Assembly (NCBI GenBank): GCA_048937405.1
Contig: JBHLNF010000010.1
Span: 1 to 21,237 of the forward strand
Origin: Promethearchaeota archaeon
GTDB lineage: Archaea > Asgardarchaeota > Lokiarchaeia > Sigyniarchaeales > SOKP01
Direction: 5' to 3'
Length of the DNA: 21,237 nucleotides
The translations under genes were made by a program, and so were the position numbers. The notes beneath the pieces were generated by a model, which saw only the letters and a program-made list of their open reading frames with translations, was not told the DNA's origin and ran no database searches. This document shows positions 1 to 7,649 of the stretch, piece after piece (the first letter of the stretch is position 1; the number at the start of each line of letters is the position of its first letter).

Positions 1-256
1 GAAACCATTTAGTTCCTGGAAATACACTTAAGTCTTCAACAACTTTATCATAAGGAATAGAAGAAATTATTTTACAAAATTTCCAAATGGCATCCCAGAA
101 ATCTGAGATCTGATTCACAGACCATCTATAAAGATCTTTTCCGTCTTTAAGGTTTAGTTTATAATTTTTATTGACAAATTCAATAAAATGGGTTACTTCT
201 GCGTTCTTAATCCATTTATCAGAGGGTTCCCATAGTTTTTTTCTATTTCCACTCAT
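1..256 (-). CDS. Acetoacetate-CoA ligase (acyl-CoA synthetase family), N-terminal part, runs off the window start
   Basis: Not in ORF track. Manual translation from ATG 256 (alternative in-frame ATG 265): MSGNRKKLWEPSDKWIKNAEVTHFIEFVNKNYKLNLKDGKDLYRWSVNQISDFWDAIWKFCKIISSIPYDKVVEDLSVFPGTKWF. The LWxP...LYxWSV...FW..IW...PG.KWF pattern is typical of acetoacetyl-CoA synthetase N-termini. Confidence 0.8.
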   Translation of the reverse strand, partial: MSGNRKKLWEPSDKWIKNAEVTHFIEFVNKNYKLNLKDGKDLYRWSVNQISDFWDAIWKFCKIISSIPYDKVVEDLSVFPGTKWF

Positions 257-537
257 AATTTTCATTTATTATAAATCTTTTAAGATCTATTAAAATTGAA
301 TTTAAAAATTTTAGTATATAATAAGATAATACTATCATATAATAATCATTATGTTGAGAATCCCACTTTTAGAACTATGATAATCTTAAATAAATCCTAA
401 ATAAATTACTTTAAAATAATATACTATAAAACATGTTTAAAACAATTAAGTCATGTAATGGAAAAAGAATACTAAAAAAATAAATTCATGAGATAATATT
501 TCTAATTAACAAGATTTTTATATTAAATAAGAATAAT

Positions 538-741
538 TTGGTGCCGATTATAGAAGAAAAGGATGAAGAAAAAAATCAAATAAAAGAGTATACAACTGAA
601 GAACTTACCAACATAATGATTGAAAGCGTGATGGCTAAAATAGTTGAACCTGGTTGTTGTGAGGCAAAATATAACAGATTACAAAAAGAATCTGAGAAGA
701 TTTTAAAAAAAAAAGATGAAATAAAGAAAAATGGTGATTAA
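538..741 (+). CDS. Small hypothetical protein with PGCC motif
   Basis: 67-aa charged ORF with TTG/GTG start, overlapping the flavodoxin gene start by 11 nt (operon-like). No family recognised. Confidence 0.5.
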   Translation: MVPIIEEKDEEKNQIKEYTTEELTNIMIESVMAKIVEPGCCEAKYNRLQKESEKILKKKDEIKKNGD

Positions 742-1306
742 AATAAGTAAAGTCTTAATTTTATATGGAACGAGATATGGTACTACTAAAGGAATATCAA
801 ATAATATTGAAGAAATAGTCAAAAAAAAGGGAATTGTGACAAAAAACTATAATTTAGCAGAACATAATTTAAAAGAGATTCCTCCATTAGAAGACTATGA
901 TGGTATTATATTAGGTACAGGTATTAAAATGAAAATGTGGACAAAAGCAGTTAAGAAATTCGTTCAAAAAAGAAAATTAGAACTGAAGAATATGCAAAAT
1001 AGCTTCGCATTTTATGTTTGCTGTGGAGAAGCCTCAAAAAAAAATAACACAGATAAAGCAATTAAAGAATATATAACACCAAAACTCCAAAAATTAGGTC
1101 TACAACCTATTTTAATTGATGCTTTCGGTGGTGCTTATGATCTAACTGAAGGATCTGCTATTTCTGGTATAACAAGAAAGATCGTTATAGGTATTCTTCA
1201 GAAAGAGGAAGGAATTGAAAATCCTGAAGGTAAAATGCATGATTATCGAGATTGGGATCAGATCAAAGATTTTGCTAACAAGTTTGTTGAATTACTGAAA
1301 AAATAA
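731..1306 (+). CDS. Flavodoxin-domain protein (HemG-like/Flavodoxin_5)
   Basis: FMN-binding YGTRYGTT, DYDGIILG strand, FGGAYD and C-terminal DYRDWDQIKDFA motif. Confidence 0.85.
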   Translation: MVIKISKVLILYGTRYGTTKGISNNIEEIVKKKGIVTKNYNLAEHNLKEIPPLEDYDGIILGTGIKMKMWTKAVKKFVQKRKLELKNMQNSFAFYVCCGEASKKNNTDKAIKEYITPKLQKLGLQPILIDAFGGAYDLTEGSAISGITRKIVIGILQKEEGIENPEGKMHDYRDWDQIKDFANKFVELLKK

Positions 1307-1487
1307 AGAACTTTTAAAGAGATCTGTCCTAAATTTGATGAAAAAAATAATTGAATTATTTAAAACTTATTTAGTTATCTTAACCAGCAAAAACCTGAAT
1401 GAAATAAGAAAAAAACAAAAAGAAGAATGAATTTTAATAGATTAAAACATTTTTTTAATAAATTCATTCAAAAAATAGTGAAACAAA

Positions 1488-1784
1488 ATGAGTAAAGAAG
1501 GAGAAGAGAAAGAAAATTTCATAGAAAAATTGAATAAACAATTTACAGATTTCGTTGGAAGTGTTTTTGGCGAATCTGGAAAAGATTTTATAGATGAAAC
1601 TTCTGAAAAGATAAAAAAGTTTAGTTCTGGTGCTATTGAAAAATTTATGGAATTTAGTGATGATGTAATTGAAAAACTTAATTTAAAAGAAAATGAACAG
1701 GTAATAAAGGCTCGTGATAGTGTTGAGGATTTGCTAAAACAAGCAGGACTTCTAAAAGAAGATGATGAGGAAGATGAGTTTTAA
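1488..1784 (+). CDS. Hypothetical acidic all-helical protein
   Basis: 98-aa ORF with ATG start, amphipathic helical pattern and acidic tail EDDEEDEF. Confidence 0.75.
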   Translation: MSKEGEEKENFIEKLNKQFTDFVGSVFGESGKDFIDETSEKIKKFSSGAIEKFMEFSDDVIEKLNLKENEQVIKARDSVEDLLKQAGLLKEDDEEDEF

Positions 1785-1855
1785 TTAAAAATTTAGGATT
1801 TAATTTTTTATTATTTCTTTATTTAATTTGATTTTAACTACTATTTTAAAAAAAA

Positions 1856-2098
1856 TTACAAAACTTTTGCATTTTTTAAGAAAGATTTAATTTCTTCTTG
1901 GGTTGCATTAAATAATTCTGATATAACCATCAAAGATGTTGCTTCATCCATACCTAAACCTGTATAATCTTGATATAATTTTATCCAAGTTTCTTTTTGG
2001 GTATACTTTTCTGGATGTGTAGTTTGAATATGTTGCCAATAAGGATGTTGTAATTCAATCCCACAATATGGACAAAACCTCGACTCGTCTTCACTCAT
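1856..2098 (-). CDS. Small C2H2-type zinc-finger protein
   Basis: CPYC...HIQTTH (CxxC, later HxxxxH) followed by a helical region. Confidence 0.75.
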   Translation of the reverse strand: MSEDESRFCPYCGIELQHPYWQHIQTTHPEKYTQKETWIKLYQDYTGLGMDEATSLMVISELFNATQEEIKSFLKNAKVL

Positions 2099-2228
2099 AT
2101 AATTAGTCCCTTGACTTTATTTTAAGTTTAATTTTTTTCTGAATAATTGTAACAAACCAATGTTTATTTAAAAAACTTATAATTTCATAGATTAAAAAAA
2201 TTATATTCTGAGATTTTTTTAAATGATA

Positions 2229-2744
2229 TTATTTCCATTTATTTTTTAATTCTTCTGCTGTAATTTTTCTTATTGTATCTACCGCCCAAACTACATAATG
2301 ATAACACTTTTTTGCCCATGTATCATTTTTTCGATATTCTATCATTCCTTCGGGTTGACTGAAATCATAGCCGCAGAGTTCAGCGCATATCACAGATCCA
2401 AATTTCATTTCAAATTTATGTGCATATCTAGAAGCCTTGATGGCAGCCATCATCGCAGTTTCATCATCCATTCTTTTATGACCTCCCAAAATAATACCTA
2501 TTGCAGAACATCCACCAGATACAGGGCCACAAGCTCCTTGCCATCCTTTTTTTGATTTATAACCTCCAAAACCACCAGATAGAGGGATCATAGCATTATG
2601 AAATAGAGGATCATCAATTCCTAATACTTCAAGAACACTGGTTAACGTTAATTCTGCACAATTAACATTTTTCACACGTGTAGGTAATGATTTTTCAAGT
2701 TCTTTAACTTTTTCATCAAATCTTTCATCAAGTTTTTTTGACAT
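2229..2744 (-). CDS. C-GCAxxG-C-C family putative redox protein
   Basis: NCAE, GGFGG, ACGPVSGG, FGSVICAEL and KKC motifs in family order. Confidence 0.9.
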   Translation of the reverse strand: MSKKLDERFDEKVKELEKSLPTRVKNVNCAELTLTSVLEVLGIDDPLFHNAMIPLSGGFGGYKSKKGWQGACGPVSGGCSAIGIILGGHKRMDDETAMMAAIKASRYAHKFEMKFGSVICAELCGYDFSQPEGMIEYRKNDTWAKKCYHYVVWAVDTIRKITAEELKNKWK

Positions 2745-2880
2745 TATTATAACTCAGTTTTTAATTATCCATTTTAATAGTATAAATAAATAGTCTAAAG
2801 TTAAATATGAAAAAAGCTATTAAAATCTTAATAAAAAGATTTAGTAAAATAATTAAAATCAATATTTTGCGGATCCTACA

Positions 2881-3327
2881 GTGAAGGAGCTTTACGAATT
2901 AGGTTTTGTTTTCCGTGGATTTGTTCTTGTCAATCATATATTTAAAGCAGTACCAGTTCAAAAAGGAAGTAGAGTAAATAAGGACCTTAGAGGAGCATTT
3001 ATCTCTGCTATTAATACATTTGTAGATCAAGCTTTCAATAAAAGTTCGTTGGAATATTTAGAATCAGGAAATATCTTATTTATCTTTAAAGTATCTGAAA
3101 TTCAATCAGAAGATAATTTCATGAAGGAACCAATAATTTTATATGGTTTAGTTGATAAAGCGAAAAAGAAATCTGATAAACTTGTAAGAAAATTTTTCGA
3201 GCGTGTAGATCCCGTTTTACAACTCTTTATTCAGAAATATAATTTAAAAGATTTTACTGAATTAAATCAATTTGAAGACTTTAAAGACATAATGGAAGGT
3301 TTTTTCATAAAAAAAACTCAGATTTAA
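2881..3327 (+). CDS. Stand-alone longin-like domain protein
   Basis: 148 aa with a beta-beta-alpha-beta-beta-beta-alpha-alpha pattern: GFVLVNHIF, DLRGAFISAINTF helix, LEYLESGNILFIF, IILYGLVD, then C-terminal helices. Fold assigned by eye. Confidence 0.65.
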   Translation: MKELYELGFVFRGFVLVNHIFKAVPVQKGSRVNKDLRGAFISAINTFVDQAFNKSSLEYLESGNILFIFKVSEIQSEDNFMKEPIILYGLVDKAKKKSDKLVRKFFERVDPVLQLFIQKYNLKDFTELNQFEDFKDIMEGFFIKKTQI

Positions 3328-5001
3328 TTATTCGCTTAAACACCACCCTTTCGGATTAGTACGAGAATAAACTATTCTTTTTTGGTCTTTTAATAATGCA
3401 ATTTCTTTTTCAATTTGAGTATCAGAGAATCCGCTTGCTTTAATATCATTAACAAATTGAGCTTTTGAGGGGACTACCTTTTTTTCTTTTAGATATGACA
3501 GAATTATTTCCTCCAAAGATTTTCCAGCAGTCGCTTTTTCTTCAGAAACTGGTTTATTAACATCACTTTCAAGAGCCGCTCGCAATCTCTCTTTTTTTGG
3601 TTCAACAGGTTTTTCAATTACTAATGGTTGTACCTTAGGTTTTGATTGCTTCTCTACCACAACTTCTGATTTAACTTGTTCAGGCATTTCCTTTGAAATT
3701 TCTTCTTCAGGTAAACTCCAAACTGGATATGAAACCTTTTCATAAGTAACTGATTTTTGTGTTTTAAGAAGTGCAAATTCATCTAATATTTCATCCTCAG
3801 AATATCCTAGATCTATCAAATCTTTCATTAATTCCTTTAAATGACCTTTTTCTTGTAAAATAGTAAAAATATGCTCTCTTATATTTGAAGGGATGTTCTT
3901 AATTTTTATGATTTCTGCAATTAAATCTTCTTTTTTACTTTCTTGAATTTCAGGTATTTTAATTTCTTGGGGGATATCTAATGATTCTTTCTGTCCCCAT
4001 TCAAAATCTGTTACATTTCGAATTGTACGATCATATCCTCCAAATATAATCTGCTTTAAATTTTGTTCTTTTTCTATACAGTAGCATACTTTTTTAATTG
4101 AAGTTGACACTTTAGTCTTCCATTTCAATTCAAAATCCTGAGAATTCAATGAAGTATTATGGAATATTTTTAATGACCCATCAGCACATCCAACAACAAT
4201 TTCTTTTGCGTTATCACCATCAATATCTTCTATTAATAATGAGAGAGGACGACCCTCATCAGTTTCTATCTCTTTTAAAATATCTCCTTCACTGTTTAAA
4301 ATTTTAATATAAGGATCATCAGTACTTACAATAATTTCATTAAAGCCATCATTTGTGACATCTCCAACTTTAATATCATTAACTTTAGCACCAAAATCTT
4401 TCTGCCAAATAATATCTATCATATTATTTTGAAAATGTATTAGTTGAACTAAACCATTTCTAGTGCCAATCAATAATCCATTTATTGGATCTTCCATATC
4501 TGGCAATTTTAAGAAACTTAGTGTGCAAGTAGTAACCCAAGAATCATAATAAAGAATAAATTTTGGCTTTTTAGCCTTAATATCATCAAAAATTCTAAGG
4601 GACTTATCTTCACTCCCAAAAATTAGTTCAATATTTCCATTTCGGGTGAAATCTCCCGCGGTGCAGCAATTAATCCTCTTAGAAGCTTTATATCGCATTA
4701 ATCCAACTAATTTCTTATTTTCTATATTTATTTTCATGACCATGAAATTTCCATCACCAGCTCCAACTAATATCTCATCACAGCCATCTCCATCAATATC
4801 AACCGGAAATGTACATCGACACCACCCATCAAAAGCTCGATCATCTACAATGTTCATTGTATCATCCATTAAATAAAGAGTTTTATCGTGTCCGCCAAAT
4901 GCTAAAAAATTAGTGCCATTTTTACATTTTAAAATTGAACATGTTAACACCGCTTCCGGACATTCAAACATCCAATTTAATTGATAACGTTTTCGTATCA
5001 T
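3328..5001 (-). CDS. 7-bladed FG-GAP/WD40-like beta-propeller (BBS2/BBS7/ITFG2-like blades) with two C-terminal winged-helix-like repeats
   Basis: Seven blade cores: FGGHDKTLYL, VGAGDGNFMV, FGSEDKSLRI, IGTRNGLVQL, VSTDDPYIKI, VGCADGSLKI, FGGYDRTIRN. DxDGDG-type loops precede four blades. No signal peptide. Confidence 0.75.
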   Translation of the reverse strand: MIRKRYQLNWMFECPEAVLTCSILKCKNGTNFLAFGGHDKTLYLMDDTMNIVDDRAFDGWCRCTFPVDIDGDGCDEILVGAGDGNFMVMKINIENKKLVGLMRYKASKRINCCTAGDFTRNGNIELIFGSEDKSLRIFDDIKAKKPKFILYYDSWVTTCTLSFLKLPDMEDPINGLLIGTRNGLVQLIHFQNNMIDIIWQKDFGAKVNDIKVGDVTNDGFNEIIVSTDDPYIKILNSEGDILKEIETDEGRPLSLLIEDIDGDNAKEIVVGCADGSLKIFHNTSLNSQDFELKWKTKVSTSIKKVCYCIEKEQNLKQIIFGGYDRTIRNVTDFEWGQKESLDIPQEIKIPEIQESKKEDLIAEIIKIKNIPSNIREHIFTILQEKGHLKELMKDLIDLGYSEDEILDEFALLKTQKSVTYEKVSYPVWSLPEEEISKEMPEQVKSEVVVEKQSKPKVQPLVIEKPVEPKKERLRAALESDVNKPVSEEKATAGKSLEEIILSYLKEKKVVPSKAQFVNDIKASGFSDTQIEKEIALLKDQKRIVYSRTNPKGWCLSE

Positions 5002-5116
5002 TTTTTCTCAAGATTATTTATGATTATAGAAAATAATAACAGTAGATAAAATAAATTTCATTCTTTATTCATTTAATACTTATTATCATAAGCTTATTAA
5101 ACTATTACTGTAACAT

Positions 5117-5141
5117 AAAAAAAAATAAAAAAATAAAAAAA
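5117..5141 (-). terminator. Oligo-T tracts, likely archaeal intrinsic terminator of the 714-aa gene
   Basis: Three consecutive A runs on + (T runs on -) starting about 12 nt after the stop at 5154. Confidence 0.55.
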
Positions 5142-5153
5142 TACTTTTTAAAT

Positions 5154-7298
5154 TTAAAGGGCTAATTGGGCATCAGATGGACTATATGCTCCTGTACCGG
5201 TTATCTCATATGTGATTTCTAAGCTTTCTCCTGCTTCTAAGACTTCAATATCCCATCTTAATGTATCTTGTCCCACTTCATCAGTAATTTCAGGAGTTGT
5301 TGAATAATTACCATACTCAAATGAATCAGGAACTTTATCAAGTAGAACAAGGTTAGTTAATTTAGATTCACCAATGTTTTCAATTGTTAATAGAATTCTG
5401 TAATTTCCAAGATCCCCAAATGCTTGTACTTCTTTTCCAATTCTGAATTTTCGTCTGATGTGCATTGCCTCGATTACTGGAACTTCTGGTTTGAATTCCA
5501 ACTCTTGACTTACTGGAAAAGTATTTGCAAGATATGTAATTTCAGAATCAAAAGTGGATTCACGCGCTGGATTTACACAATGAATAGGATATTCAAATTC
5601 CATTGTAGATTCTGGCATAAACATACCATTACTACTATCTTTTAAATCAGTAAGATCAATTTTGAATACATTGTTCTCAACACTGACAGCAGCTGCAGAT
5701 ACTTCCACTTCCTCTCCGTCCCATATTAATTTTATCTCATCTGCTTTTGGTGGCTGATATTCATCTGAGAAAGTTTCTTGTATAACGGATACCTCGTTTA
5801 AGGGTGCTGAACCATTATTAACAATCTTAAGTTTAGCCATAACATCTTTGGTTCTAAAAGTAGGAACTTCTGTTATATCATATGACATTACACCAGTTAT
5901 ACTACCAATTTCTAAGATAACATCTGAAAGAACAGCGGTCCCATTTACAATTGTTTGAAAATCAGGCATTACTCTAAATTCTAATTTCTTCCTAAATGTA
6001 GGATATTCATCACTTTCATATTCCCATTTTCTTGAGTGCCATTGAGCTCCACTTGGTAAAAGAGGAACATCATTTGGATCAATATCTACAAATTTTTTCG
6101 ATTCATCTTCGGGAGCGTATACATCAGCATTGAATAATTGAATAATAAATTCTGAGGAATTATCAAAAACAAGCTTGCAATCAAACATACCTGGTTCTTC
6201 ATCTCTTTCAACTGTATCCACATAAAACTTATTTCTGGTATATGCATCAAATTTACCAATATCTAAACCTTCAGCAAAAGAAGAGGCACTTTGGTATGTA
6301 ATTTCTATTGTTCCTGTTCGTCTTTTAGTAATATCTGTAACCATGATGTTGCATGTAAATTTTAACATTACTGTGTATTCAGGAGCTAACTTATCAATTG
6401 TCCAAACTATTTGAGTTCCTTCGATATTGGCGCTTCCTTCAGTTGTATCTACAATCCGAGGATTTGTAAAATCATTTGGGATATTTTTTATTACTTTAAT
6501 ATTAGAAACTGGTTTATCAAACATGCTTCTAAGTACTATAGCAAAGTGAACAAGATTATCCTTGTCTATGGATATTCCAAAAGACTCCAACCCTTCTTGA
6601 GTAAGCGTTCCACCATCTCCCCATGTTTCACCTTCATCCTCATCTTCTTCTTCTTCCTCTTCTTCAACTTTGGGTTTTTCATTATTAGGTTTTGAGGAGA
6701 CTCCACTTTTTTTATCCTTTAATTTTAATAACTCTTTTTCAATATCATTTATGTTTAAAACATCATCTGCATTTGGGTTCGTATTAATAAATTCTTTAAC
6801 AAGAAATAGATTTTTTATATCCTTCTTAATTTTAAAATTTCTAGAGTCAACATTCTCAGGTTCTTCAGTACCCAATTCTCTTATTGAAATATCTTTTGTT
6901 TTTAAATCAGTGCTTCCAATATTTTCAAGTGAAACATCAATATCCCATAATCTGTCTACTGTACTTGGATTTTCAATATTAAATTTACCACTATGAGTAA
7001 AAGATTCTACCTTTGCATAATGATCTTGTTTTACATCTACTTCTTCTATTATTTTCACTAATGCTAATAATCCTTCTCTGTTGCCGTCTTTTAAGACAAT
7101 GCTTCCCTCTAATTCCCCTGTATCCTTATCGTATGTCTCTATGACAGGAGTCGATGTGTCTCGATCAATTAATTCAACACGACCTGTGTCCATGTCTTTT
7201 CTCTTTAAAGCATCTGCAATAAGTTCTTCATCAGCCTCTGACCTATCAAAGCCCATTCGCGATCTTGTCTCAGTCTTTTTCTTATCTTTTCTAGCCAT
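5154..7298 (-). CDS. Large acidic all-beta protein: candidate mu-homology-like region plus Ig-like (DUF11/appendage-like) domains
   Basis: 714 aa, no signal peptide or TM segment. Repeated Ig-like motifs (LKIVNNGSAPLNEVSV; LTIENIGESKLTNLVLLDKVP...LRWDIEVLEAGES). Poly-Glu loop at aa 212-224. The CDS is secure; the functional call is tentative. Confidence 0.55.
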   Translation of the reverse strand: MARKDKKKTETRSRMGFDRSEADEELIADALKRKDMDTGRVELIDRDTSTPVIETYDKDTGELEGSIVLKDGNREGLLALVKIIEEVDVKQDHYAKVESFTHSGKFNIENPSTVDRLWDIDVSLENIGSTDLKTKDISIRELGTEEPENVDSRNFKIKKDIKNLFLVKEFINTNPNADDVLNINDIEKELLKLKDKKSGVSSKPNNEKPKVEEEEEEEDEDEGETWGDGGTLTQEGLESFGISIDKDNLVHFAIVLRSMFDKPVSNIKVIKNIPNDFTNPRIVDTTEGSANIEGTQIVWTIDKLAPEYTVMLKFTCNIMVTDITKRRTGTIEITYQSASSFAEGLDIGKFDAYTRNKFYVDTVERDEEPGMFDCKLVFDNSSEFIIQLFNADVYAPEDESKKFVDIDPNDVPLLPSGAQWHSRKWEYESDEYPTFRKKLEFRVMPDFQTIVNGTAVLSDVILEIGSITGVMSYDITEVPTFRTKDVMAKLKIVNNGSAPLNEVSVIQETFSDEYQPPKADEIKLIWDGEEVEVSAAAVSVENNVFKIDLTDLKDSSNGMFMPESTMEFEYPIHCVNPARESTFDSEITYLANTFPVSQELEFKPEVPVIEAMHIRRKFRIGKEVQAFGDLGNYRILLTIENIGESKLTNLVLLDKVPDSFEYGNYSTTPEITDEVGQDTLRWDIEVLEAGESLEITYEITGTGAYSPSDAQLAL

Positions 7299-7454
7299 TA
7301 GTTTTTACCTAGTCTTTATACTATATTAAATTGAATTTTATTTACCAATTAATATAATTTAATTGATAAAATAAAATTATCATCAAAATATAAAAAATTT
7401 TTTAATTTAAGGTAAAAAGAGTTATTTTGAATATAGAGAGAGTTTAATTAAGTG

Positions 7455-7622
7455 CTAAAAACCATTTTCCTTAAGATCTTTGGAAGAAAAAAATCGCTTT
7501 CCAGAATCTTTAAATTTATAACCGCACATTGGGCATTCAATATTTAAATTACTTTCTTTAATATCAAATTGAAAGCTAAAACCACATACAGGACAGTTAA
7601 TTACATCACTTTTTTTAATCAT
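7455..7622 (-). CDS. 55-aa zinc-ribbon protein (CPVC...CPMC)
   Basis: Absent from the ORF track. Manual translation: MIKKSDVINCPVCGFSFQFDIKESNLNIECPMCGYKFKDSGKRFFSSKDLKENGF*. AAAGGA lies upstream; directly downstream of and co-oriented with glycerate kinase. Confidence 0.8.
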   Translation of the reverse strand: MIKKSDVINCPVCGFSFQFDIKESNLNIECPMCGYKFKDSGKRFFSSKDLKENGF

Positions 7623-7649
7623 AATAATAAATCCTTTTAATAAGTGAAT

